Shown: one piece after another, positions 20,124 through 28,768 of the stretch
Layout: every line of letters begins with the position of its first letter
How positions within the stretch are numbered: position 1 is the stretch's first letter
DNA from: Escherichia phage T7
Reading direction: 5' to 3' (one strand)
DNA length: 37,892 nucleotides
Sequence record: MZ375264.1
The notes under the pieces: generated by a model
Told to the model about the DNA's origin: nothing
Database searches by the model: none
The model's input: the letters and a program-made list of their open reading frames with translations, nothing else
Program-made: the position numbers and the translations under genes

Positions 20124-21047
20124 ATGGCTGAATCTAATGCAGACGTATATGCATCTTTTGGCGTGAACTCCGCTGTGATGTCTGGTGGTTCCGTTGAGGA
20201 ACATGAGCAGAACATGCTGGCTCTTGATGTTGCTGCCCGTGATGGCGATGATGCAATCGAGTTAGCGTCAGACGAAGTGGAAACAGAACGTGACCTGTAT
20301 GACAACTCTGACCCGTTCGGTCAAGAGGATGACGAAGGCCGCATTCAGGTTCGTATCGGTGATGGCTCTGAGCCGACCGATGTGGACACTGGAGAAGAAG
20401 GCGTTGAGGGCACCGAAGGTTCCGAAGAGTTTACCCCACTGGGCGAGACTCCAGAAGAACTGGTAGCTGCCTCTGAGCAACTTGGTGAGCACGAAGAGGG
20501 CTTCCAAGAGATGATTAACATTGCTGCTGAGCGTGGCATGAGTGTCGAGACCATTGAGGCTATCCAGCGTGAGTACGAGGAGAACGAAGAGTTGTCTGCC
20601 GAGTCCTACGCTAAGCTGGCTGAAATTGGCTACACGAAGGCTTTCATTGACTCGTATATCCGTGGTCAAGAAGCTCTGGTGGAGCAGTACGTAAACAGTG
20701 TCATTGAGTACGCTGGTGGTCGTGAACGTTTTGATGCACTGTATAACCACCTTGAGACGCACAACCCTGAGGCTGCACAGTCGCTGGATAATGCGTTGAC
20801 CAATCGTGACTTAGCGACCGTTAAGGCTATCATCAACTTGGCTGGTGAGTCTCGCGCTAAGGCGTTCGGTCGTAAGCCAACTCGTAGTGTGACTAATCGT
20901 GCTATTCCGGCTAAACCTCAGGCTACCAAGCGTGAAGGCTTTGCGGACCGTAGCGAGATGATTAAAGCTATGAGTGACCCTCGGTATCGCACAGATGCCA
21001 ACTATCGTCGTCAAGTCGAACAGAAAGTAATCGATTCGAACTTCTGA
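20124..21047 (+). CDS. 9: Gene 9 capsid assembly (scaffolding) protein, 307 aa
   Basis: ORF 20124-21047, acidic protein. Confidence 0.97.
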   Translation: MAESNADVYASFGVNSAVMSGGSVEEHEQNMLALDVAARDGDDAIELASDEVETERDLYDNSDPFGQEDDEGRIQVRIGDGSEPTDVDTGEEGVEGTEGSEEFTPLGETPEELVAASEQLGEHEEGFQEMINIAAERGMSVETIEAIQREYEENEELSAESYAKLAEIGYTKAFIDSYIRGQEALVEQYVNSVIEYAGGRERFDALYNHLETHNPEAAQSLDNALTNRDLATVKAIINLAGESRAKAFGRKPTRSVTNRAIPAKPQATKREGFADRSEMIKAMSDPRYRTDANYRRQVEQKVIDSNF

Positions 21048-21060
21048 TAGACTTCGAAAT

Positions 21061-21083
21061 TAATACGACTCACTATATGGAGA
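21061..21083 (+). promoter_or_regulatory. phi10: T7 class III promoter phi10 with T instead of G at +1 (TAATACGACTCACTATATGGAGA)
   Basis: Positions -17 to -1 match the consensus; +1 (21078) is T; downstream leader CCACAACGGTTTCCCTCTAGAAATAATTTTGTTTAACTTTAAGAAGGAGATATACAT is the canonical gene 10 leader. Confidence 0.9.
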
Positions 21084-21140
21084 CCACAACGGTTTCCCTC
21101 TAGAAATAATTTTGTTTAACTTTAAGAAGGAGATATACAT

Positions 21141-22178
21141 ATGGCTAGCATGACTGGTGGACAGCAAATGGGTACTAACCAAGGTAAAGGTGTAGTTGCT
21201 GCTGGAGATAAACTGGCGTTGTTCTTGAAGGTATTTGGCGGTGAAGTCCTGACTGCGTTCGCTCGTACCTCCGTGACCACTTCTCGCCACATGGTACGTT
21301 CCATCTCCAGCGGTAAATCCGCTCAGTTCCCTGTTCTGGGTCGCACTCAGGCAGCGTATCTGGCTCCGGGCGAGAACCTCGACGATAAACGTAAGGACAT
21401 CAAACACACCGAGAAGGTAATCACCATTGACGGTCTCCTGACGGCTGACGTTCTGATTTATGATATTGAGGACGCGATGAACCACTACGACGTTCGCTCT
21501 GAGTATACCTCTCAGTTGGGTGAATCTCTGGCGATGGCTGCGGATGGTGCGGTTCTGGCTGAGATTGCCGGTCTGTGTAACGTGGAAAGCAAATATAATG
21601 AGAACATCGAGGGCTTAGGTACTGCTACCGTAATTGAGACCACTCAGAACAAGGCCGCACTTACCGACCAAGTTGCGCTGGGTAAGGAGATTATTGCGGC
21701 TCTGACTAAGGCTCGTGCGGCTCTGACCAAGAACTATGTTCCGGCTGCTGACCGTGTGTTCTACTGTGACCCAGATAGCTACTCTGCGATTCTGGCAGCA
21801 CTGATGCCGAACGCAGCAAACTACGCTGCTCTGATTGACCCTGAGAAGGGTTCTATCCGCAACGTTATGGGCTTTGAGGTTGTAGAAGTTCCGCACCTCA
21901 CCGCTGGTGGTGCTGGTACCGCTCGTGAGGGCACTACTGGTCAGAAGCACGTCTTCCCTGCCAATAAAGGTGAGGGTAATGTCAAGGTTGCTAAGGACAA
22001 CGTTATCGGCCTGTTCATGCACCGCTCTGCGGTAGGTACTGTTAAGCTGCGTGACTTGGCTCTGGAGCGCGCTCGCCGTGCTAACTTACAAGCGGACCAG
22101 ATTATCGCTAAGTACGCAATGGGCCACGGTGGTCTTCGCCCAGAAGCTGCTGGTGCAGTGGTTTTCAAAGTGGAGTAA
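21141..22178 (+). CDS. 10A: Gene 10A major capsid protein, 345 aa
   Basis: ORF 21141-22178, MASMTGGQQMG... N-terminus. Confidence 0.99.
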   Translation: MASMTGGQQMGTNQGKGVVAAGDKLALFLKVFGGEVLTAFARTSVTTSRHMVRSISSGKSAQFPVLGRTQAAYLAPGENLDDKRKDIKHTEKVITIDGLLTADVLIYDIEDAMNHYDVRSEYTSQLGESLAMAADGAVLAEIAGLCNVESKYNENIEGLGTATVIETTQNKAALTDQVALGKEIIAALTKARAALTKNYVPAADRVFYCDPDSYSAILAALMPNAANYAALIDPEKGSIRNVMGFEVVEVPHLTAGGAGTAREGTTGQKHVFPANKGEGNVKVAKDNVIGLFMHRSAVGTVKLRDLALERARRANLQADQIIAKYAMGHGGLRPEAAGAVVFKVE

Positions 22179-22336
22179 TGCTGGGGGTGGCCTCAACGGT
22201 CGCTGCTAGTCCCGAAGAGGCGAGTGTTACTTCAACAGAAGAAACCTTAACGCCAGCACAGGAGGCCGCACGCACCCGCGCTGCTAACAAAGCCCGAAAG
22301 GAAGCTGAGTTGGCTGCTGCCACCGCTGAGCAATAA
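21141..22336 (+). CDS. 10B: Gene 10B minor capsid protein produced by -1 ribosomal frameshift near 22163, extending to TAA 22334-22336
   Basis: Open -1 frame continues past the 10A stop to 22336, just before Tphi, as in T7. Confidence 0.8.
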
Positions 22337-22383
22337 CTAGCATAACCCCTTGGGGCCTCTAAACGGGTCTTGAGGGGTTTTTT
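22337..22383 (+). terminator. Tphi: Tphi late terminator for T7 RNA polymerase
   Basis: CTAGCATAACCCCTTGGGGCCTCTAAACGGGTCTTGAGGGGTTTTTTG hairpin plus U-tract. Confidence 0.98.
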
Positions 22384-22401
22384 GCTGAAAGGAGGAACTA
22401 T

Positions 22402-22992
22402 ATGCGCTCATACGATATGAACGTTGAGACTGCCGCTGAGTTATCAGCTGTGAACGACATTCTGGCGTCTATCGGTGAACCTCCGGTATCAACGCTGGAA
22501 GGTGACGCTAACGCAGATGCAGCGAACGCTCGGCGTATTCTCAACAAGATTAACCGACAGATTCAATCTCGTGGATGGACGTTCAACATTGAGGAAGGCA
22601 TAACGCTACTACCTGATGTTTACTCCAACCTGATTGTATACAGTGACGACTATTTATCCCTAATGTCTACTTCCGGTCAATCCATCTACGTTAACCGAGG
22701 TGGCTATGTGTATGACCGAACGAGTCAATCAGACCGCTTTGACTCTGGTATTACTGTGAACATTATTCGTCTCCGCGACTACGATGAGATGCCTGAGTGC
22801 TTCCGTTACTGGATTGTCACCAAGGCTTCCCGTCAGTTCAACAACCGATTCTTTGGGGAACCGGAAGTAGAGGGTGTACTCCAAGAAGAGGAAGATGAGG
22901 CTAGACGTCTCTGCATGGAGTATGAGATGGACTACGGTGGGTACAATATGCTGGATGGAGATGCGTTCACTTCTGGTCTACTGACTCGCTAA
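22402..22992 (+). CDS. 11: Gene 11 tail tubular protein A, 196 aa
   Basis: ORF 22402-22992. Confidence 0.97.
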   Translation: MRSYDMNVETAAELSAVNDILASIGEPPVSTLEGDANADAANARRILNKINRQIQSRGWTFNIEEGITLLPDVYSNLIVYSDDYLSLMSTSGQSIYVNRGGYVYDRTSQSDRFDSGITVNIIRLRDYDEMPECFRYWIVTKASRQFNNRFFGEPEVEGVLQEEEDEARRLCMEYEMDYGGYNMLDGDAFTSGLLTR

Positions 22993-23015
22993 CATTAATA
23001 AATAAGGAGGCTCTA

Positions 23016-25400
23016 ATGGCACTCATTAGCCAATCAATCAAGAACTTGAAGGGTGGTATCAGCCAACAGCCTGACATCCTTCGTTATCCAGACCAAGGGT
23101 CACGCCAAGTTAACGGTTGGTCTTCGGAGACCGAGGGCCTCCAAAAGCGTCCACCTCTTGTTTTCTTAAATACACTTGGAGACAACGGTGCGTTAGGTCA
23201 AGCTCCGTACATCCACCTGATTAACCGAGATGAGCACGAACAGTATTACGCTGTGTTCACTGGTAGCGGAATCCGAGTGTTCGACCTTTCTGGTAACGAG
23301 AAGCAAGTTAGGTATCCTAACGGTTCCAACTACATCAAGACCGCTAATCCACGTAACGACCTGCGAATGGTTACTGTAGCAGACTATACGTTCATCGTTA
23401 ACCGTAACGTTGTTGCACAGAAGAACACAAAGTCTGTCAACTTACCGAATTACAACCCTAATCAAGACGGATTGATTAACGTTCGTGGTGGTCAGTATGG
23501 TAGGGAACTAATTGTACACATTAACGGTAAAGACGTTGCGAAGTATAAGATACCAGATGGTAGTCAACCTGAACACGTAAACAATACGGATGCCCAATGG
23601 TTAGCTGAAGAGTTAGCCAAGCAGATGCGCACTAACTTGTCTGATTGGACTGTAAATGTAGGGCAAGGGTTCATCCATGTGACCGCACCTAGTGGTCAAC
23701 AGATTGACTCCTTCACGACTAAAGATGGCTACGCAGACCAGTTGATTAACCCTGTGACCCACTACGCTCAGTCGTTCTCTAAGCTGCCACCTAATGCTCC
23801 TAACGGCTACATGGTGAAAATCGTAGGGGACGCCTCTAAGTCTGCCGACCAGTATTACGTTCGGTATGACGCTGAGCGGAAAGTTTGGACTGAGACTTTA
23901 GGTTGGAACACTGAGGACCAAGTTCTATGGGAAACCATGCCACACGCTCTTGTGCGAGCCGCTGACGGTAATTTCGACTTCAAGTGGCTTGAGTGGTCTC
24001 CTAAGTCTTGTGGTGACGTTGACACCAACCCTTGGCCTTCTTTTGTTGGTTCAAGTATTAACGATGTGTTCTTCTTCCGTAACCGCTTAGGATTCCTTAG
24101 TGGGGAGAACATCATATTGAGTCGTACAGCCAAATACTTCAACTTCTACCCTGCGTCCATTGCGAACCTTAGTGATGACGACCCTATAGACGTAGCTGTG
24201 AGTACCAACCGAATAGCAATCCTTAAGTACGCCGTTCCGTTCTCAGAAGAGTTACTCATCTGGTCCGATGAAGCACAATTCGTCCTGACTGCCTCGGGTA
24301 CTCTCACATCTAAGTCGGTTGAGTTGAACCTAACGACCCAGTTTGACGTACAGGACCGAGCGAGACCTTTTGGGATTGGGCGTAATGTCTACTTTGCTAG
24401 TCCGAGGTCCAGCTTCGCGTCCATCCACAGGTACTACGCTGTGCAGGATGTCAGTTCCGTTAAGAATGCTGAGGACATTACATCACACGTTCCTAACTAC
24501 ATCCCTAATGGTGTGTTCAGTATTTGCGGAAGTGGTACGGAAAACTTCTGTTCGGTACTATCTCACGGGGACCCTAGTAAAATCTTCATGTACAAATTCC
24601 TGTACCTGAACGAAGAGTTAAGGCAACAGTCGTGGTCTCATTGGGACTTTGGGGAAAACGTACAGGTTCTAGCTTGTCAGAGTATCAGCTCAGATATGTA
24701 TGTGATTCTTCGCAATGAGTTCAATACGTTCCTAGCTAGAATCTCTTTCACTAAGAACGCCATTGACTTACAGGGAGAACCCTATCGTGCCTTTATGGAC
24801 ATGAAGATTCGATACACGATTCCTAGTGGAACATACAACGATGACACATTCACTACCTCTATTCATATTCCAACAATTTATGGTGCAAACTTCGGGAGGG
24901 GCAAAATCACTGTATTGGAGCCTGATGGTAAGATAACCGTGTTTGAGCAACCTACGGCTGGGTGGAATAGCGACCCTTGGCTGAGACTCAGCGGTAACTT
25001 GGAGGGACGCATGGTGTACATTGGGTTCAACATTAACTTCGTATATGAGTTCTCTAAGTTCCTCATCAAGCAGACTGCCGACGACGGGTCTACCTCCACG
25101 GAAGACATTGGGCGCTTACAGTTACGCCGAGCGTGGGTTAACTACGAGAACTCTGGTACGTTTGACATTTATGTTGAGAACCAATCGTCTAACTGGAAGT
25201 ACACAATGGCTGGTGCCCGATTAGGCTCTAACACTCTGAGGGCTGGGAGACTGAACTTAGGGACCGGACAATATCGATTCCCTGTGGTTGGTAACGCCAA
25301 GTTCAACACTGTATACATCTTGTCAGATGAGACTACCCCTCTGAACATCATTGGGTGTGGCTGGGAAGGTAACTACTTACGGAGAAGTTCCGGTATTTAA
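23016..25400 (+). CDS. 12: Gene 12 tail tubular protein B, 794 aa
   Basis: ORF 23016-25400. Confidence 0.97.
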   Translation: MALISQSIKNLKGGISQQPDILRYPDQGSRQVNGWSSETEGLQKRPPLVFLNTLGDNGALGQAPYIHLINRDEHEQYYAVFTGSGIRVFDLSGNEKQVRYPNGSNYIKTANPRNDLRMVTVADYTFIVNRNVVAQKNTKSVNLPNYNPNQDGLINVRGGQYGRELIVHINGKDVAKYKIPDGSQPEHVNNTDAQWLAEELAKQMRTNLSDWTVNVGQGFIHVTAPSGQQIDSFTTKDGYADQLINPVTHYAQSFSKLPPNAPNGYMVKIVGDASKSADQYYVRYDAERKVWTETLGWNTEDQVLWETMPHALVRAADGNFDFKWLEWSPKSCGDVDTNPWPSFVGSSINDVFFFRNRLGFLSGENIILSRTAKYFNFYPASIANLSDDDPIDVAVSTNRIAILKYAVPFSEELLIWSDEAQFVLTASGTLTSKSVELNLTTQFDVQDRARPFGIGRNVYFASPRSSFASIHRYYAVQDVSSVKNAEDITSHVPNYIPNGVFSICGSGTENFCSVLSHGDPSKIFMYKFLYLNEELRQQSWSHWDFGENVQVLACQSISSDMYVILRNEFNTFLARISFTKNAIDLQGEPYRAFMDMKIRYTIPSGTYNDDTFTTSIHIPTIYGANFGRGKITVLEPDGKITVFEQPTAGWNSDPWLRLSGNLEGRMVYIGFNINFVYEFSKFLIKQTADDGSTSTEDIGRLQLRRAWVNYENSGTFDIYVENQSSNWKYTMAGARLGSNTLRAGRLNLGTGQYRFPVVGNAKFNTVYILSDETTPLNIIGCGWEGNYLRRSSGI

Positions 25401-25430
25401 TTAAATATTCTCCCTGTGGTGGCTCGAAAT

Positions 25431-25453
25431 TAATACGACTCACTATAGGGAGA
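25431..25453 (+). promoter_or_regulatory. phi13: T7 class III promoter phi13, exact consensus, +1 at 25448
   Basis: Exact 23-bp consensus. Confidence 0.97.
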
Positions 25454-25480
25454 ACAATACGACTACGGGAGGGTTTTCTT

Positions 25481-25897
25481 ATGATGACTATAAGACCTAC
25501 TAAAAGTACAGACTTTGAGGTATTCACTCCGGCTCACCATGACATTCTTGAAGCTAAGGCTGCTGGTATTGAGCCGAGTTTCCCTGATGCTTCCGAGTGT
25601 GTCACGTTGAGCCTCTATGGGTTCCCTCTAGCTATCGGTGGTAACTGCGGGGACCAGTGCTGGTTCGTTACGAGCGACCAAGTGTGGCGACTTAGTGGAA
25701 AGGCTAAGCGAAAGTTCCGTAAGTTAATCATGGAGTATCGCGATAAGATGCTTGAGAAGTATGATACTCTTTGGAATTACGTATGGGTAGGCAATACGTC
25801 CCACATTCGTTTCCTCAAGACTATCGGTGCGGTATTCCATGAAGAGTACACACGAGATGGTCAATTTCAGTTATTTACAATCACGAAAGGAGGATAA
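25481..25897 (+). CDS. 13: Gene 13 internal virion protein, 138 aa
   Basis: ORF 25481-25897. Confidence 0.95.
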   Translation: MMTIRPTKSTDFEVFTPAHHDILEAKAAGIEPSFPDASECVTLSLYGFPLAIGGNCGDQCWFVTSDQVWRLSGKAKRKFRKLIMEYRDKMLEKYDTLWNYVWVGNTSHIRFLKTIGAVFHEEYTRDGQFQLFTITKGG

Positions 25898-25901
25898 CCA
25901 T

Positions 25902-26492
25902 ATGTGTTGGGCAGCCGCAATACCTATCGCTATATCTGGCGCTCAGGCTATCAGTGGTCAGAACGCTCAGGCCAAAATGATTGCCGCTCAGACCGCTGCT
26001 GGTCGTCGTCAAGCTATGGAAATCATGAGGCAGACGAACATCCAGAATGCTGACCTATCGTTGCAAGCTCGAAGTAAACTTGAGGAAGCGTCCGCCGAGT
26101 TGACCTCACAGAACATGCAGAAGGTCCAAGCTATTGGGTCTATCCGAGCGGCTATCGGAGAGAGTATGCTTGAAGGTTCCTCAATGGACCGCATTAAGCG
26201 AGTCACAGAAGGACAGTTCATTCGGGAAGCCAATATGGTAACTGAGAACTATCGCCGTGACTACCAAGCAATCTTCGCACAGCAACTTGGTGGTACTCAA
26301 AGTGCTGCAAGTCAGATTGACGAAATCTATAAGAGCGAACAGAAACAGAAGAGTAAGCTACAGATGGTTCTGGACCCACTGGCTATCATGGGGTCTTCCG
26401 CTGCGAGTGCTTACGCATCCGGTGCGTTCGACTCTAAGTCCACAACTAAGGCACCTATTGTTGCCGCTAAAGGAACCAAGACGGGGAGGTAA
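25902..26492 (+). CDS. 14: Gene 14 internal core protein, 196 aa
   Basis: ATG 25902 (MCWAAAIPIAISGAQ...) inside ORF-track entry 25827-26492. Confidence 0.93.
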   Translation: MCWAAAIPIAISGAQAISGQNAQAKMIAAQTAAGRRQAMEIMRQTNIQNADLSLQARSKLEEASAELTSQNMQKVQAIGSIRAAIGESMLEGSSMDRIKRVTEGQFIREANMVTENYRRDYQAIFAQQLGGTQSAASQIDEIYKSEQKQKSKLQMVLDPLAIMGSSAASAYASGAFDSKSTTKAPIVAAKGTKTGR

Positions 26493-26498
26493 TGAGCT

Positions 26499-28742
26499 AT
26501 GAGTAAAATTGAATCTGCCCTTCAAGCGGCACAACCGGGACTCTCTCGGTTACGTGGTGGTGCTGGAGGTATGGGCTATCGTGCAGCAACCACTCAGGCC
26601 GAACAGCCAAGGTCAAGCCTATTGGACACCATTGGTCGGTTCGCTAAGGCTGGTGCCGATATGTATACCGCTAAGGAACAACGAGCACGAGACCTAGCTG
26701 ATGAACGCTCTAACGAGATTATCCGTAAGCTGACCCCTGAGCAACGTCGAGAAGCTCTCAACAACGGGACCCTTCTGTATCAGGATGACCCATACGCTAT
26801 GGAAGCACTCCGAGTCAAGACTGGTCGTAACGCTGCGTATCTTGTGGACGATGACGTTATGCAGAAGATAAAAGAGGGTGTCTTCCGTACTCGCGAAGAG
26901 ATGGAAGAGTATCGCCATAGTCGCCTTCAAGAGGGCGCTAAGGTATACGCTGAGCAGTTCGGCATCGACCCTGAGGACGTTGATTATCAGCGTGGTTTCA
27001 ACGGGGACATTACCGAGCGTAACATCTCGCTGTATGGTGCGCATGATAACTTCTTGAGCCAGCAAGCTCAGAAGGGCGCTATCATGAACAGCCGAGTGGA
27101 ACTCAACGGTGTCCTTCAAGACCCTGATATGCTGCGTCGTCCAGACTCTGCTGACTTCTTTGAGAAGTATATCGACAACGGTCTGGTTACTGGCGCAATC
27201 CCATCTGATGCTCAAGCCACACAGCTTATAAGCCAAGCGTTCAGTGACGCTTCTAGCCGTGCTGGTGGTGCTGACTTCCTGATGCGAGTCGGTGACAAGA
27301 AGGTAACACTTAACGGAGCCACTACGACTTACCGAGAGTTGATTGGTGAGGAACAGTGGAACGCTCTCATGGTCACAGCACAACGTTCTCAGTTTGAGAC
27401 TGACGCGAAGCTGAACGAGCAGTATCGCTTGAAGATTAACTCTGCGCTGAACCAAGAGGACCCAAGGACAGCTTGGGAGATGCTTCAAGGTATCAAGGCT
27501 GAACTAGATAAGGTCCAACCTGATGAGCAGATGACACCACAACGTGAGTGGCTAATCTCCGCACAGGAACAAGTTCAGAATCAGATGAACGCATGGACGA
27601 AAGCTCAGGCCAAGGCTCTGGACGATTCCATGAAGTCAATGAACAAACTTGACGTAATCGACAAGCAATTCCAGAAGCGAATCAACGGTGAGTGGGTCTC
27701 AACGGATTTTAAGGATATGCCAGTCAACGAGAACACTGGTGAGTTCAAGCATAGCGATATGGTTAACTACGCCAATAAGAAGCTCGCTGAGATTGACAGT
27801 ATGGACATTCCAGACGGTGCCAAGGATGCTATGAAGTTGAAGTACCTTCAAGCGGACTCTAAGGACGGAGCATTCCGTACAGCCATCGGAACCATGGTCA
27901 CTGACGCTGGTCAAGAGTGGTCTGCCGCTGTGATTAACGGTAAGTTACCAGAACGAACCCCAGCTATGGATGCTCTGCGCAGAATCCGCAATGCTGACCC
28001 TCAGTTGATTGCTGCGCTATACCCAGACCAAGCTGAGCTATTCCTGACGATGGACATGATGGACAAGCAGGGTATTGACCCTCAGGTTATTCTTGATGCC
28101 GACCGACTGACTGTTAAGCGGTCCAAAGAGCAACGCTTTGAGGATGATAAAGCATTCGAGTCTGCACTGAATGCATCTAAGGCTCCTGAGATTGCCCGTA
28201 TGCCAGCGTCACTGCGCGAATCTGCACGTAAGATTTATGACTCCGTTAAGTATCGCTCGGGGAACGAAAGCATGGCTATGGAGCAGATGACCAAGTTCCT
28301 TAAGGAATCTACCTACACGTTCACTGGTGATGATGTTGACGGTGATACCGTTGGTGTGATTCCTAAGAATATGATGCAGGTTAACTCTGACCCGAAATCA
28401 TGGGAGCAAGGTCGGGATATTCTGGAGGAAGCACGTAAGGGAATCATTGCGAGCAACCCTTGGATAACCAATAAGCAACTGACCATGTATTCTCAAGGTG
28501 ACTCCATTTACCTTATGGACACCACAGGTCAAGTCAGAGTCCGATACGACAAAGAGTTACTCTCGAAGGTCTGGAGTGAGAACCAGAAGAAACTCGAAGA
28601 GAAAGCTCGTGAGAAGGCTCTGGCTGATGTGAACAAGCGAGCACCTATAGTTGCCGCTACGAAGGCCCGTGAAGCTGCTGCTAAACGAGTCCGAGAGAAA
28701 CGTAAACAGACTCCTAAGTTCATCTACGGACGTAAGGAGTAA
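26499..28742 (+). CDS. 15: Gene 15 internal core protein, 747 aa
   Basis: ORF 26499-28742. Confidence 0.97.
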   Translation: MSKIESALQAAQPGLSRLRGGAGGMGYRAATTQAEQPRSSLLDTIGRFAKAGADMYTAKEQRARDLADERSNEIIRKLTPEQRREALNNGTLLYQDDPYAMEALRVKTGRNAAYLVDDDVMQKIKEGVFRTREEMEEYRHSRLQEGAKVYAEQFGIDPEDVDYQRGFNGDITERNISLYGAHDNFLSQQAQKGAIMNSRVELNGVLQDPDMLRRPDSADFFEKYIDNGLVTGAIPSDAQATQLISQAFSDASSRAGGADFLMRVGDKKVTLNGATTTYRELIGEEQWNALMVTAQRSQFETDAKLNEQYRLKINSALNQEDPRTAWEMLQGIKAELDKVQPDEQMTPQREWLISAQEQVQNQMNAWTKAQAKALDDSMKSMNKLDVIDKQFQKRINGEWVSTDFKDMPVNENTGEFKHSDMVNYANKKLAEIDSMDIPDGAKDAMKLKYLQADSKDGAFRTAIGTMVTDAGQEWSAAVINGKLPERTPAMDALRRIRNADPQLIAALYPDQAELFLTMDMMDKQGIDPQVILDADRLTVKRSKEQRFEDDKAFESALNASKAPEIARMPASLRESARKIYDSVKYRSGNESMAMEQMTKFLKESTYTFTGDDVDGDTVGVIPKNMMQVNSDPKSWEQGRDILEEARKGIIASNPWITNKQLTMYSQGDSIYLMDTTGQVRVRYDKELLSKVWSENQKKLEEKAREKALADVNKRAPIVAATKAREAAAKRVREKRKQTPKFIYGRKE

Positions 28743-28768
28743 CTAAAGGCTACATAAGGAGGCCCTAA

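Noticed and set aside
26694-27488. Long minus-strand ORF (264 aa) and many other minus-strand ORFs in the six-frame track
   Set aside because: They lie antisense within well-supported + strand genes (here gene 15), have no promoters or RBS, and T7 is transcribed entirely left to right; treated as chance ORFs.
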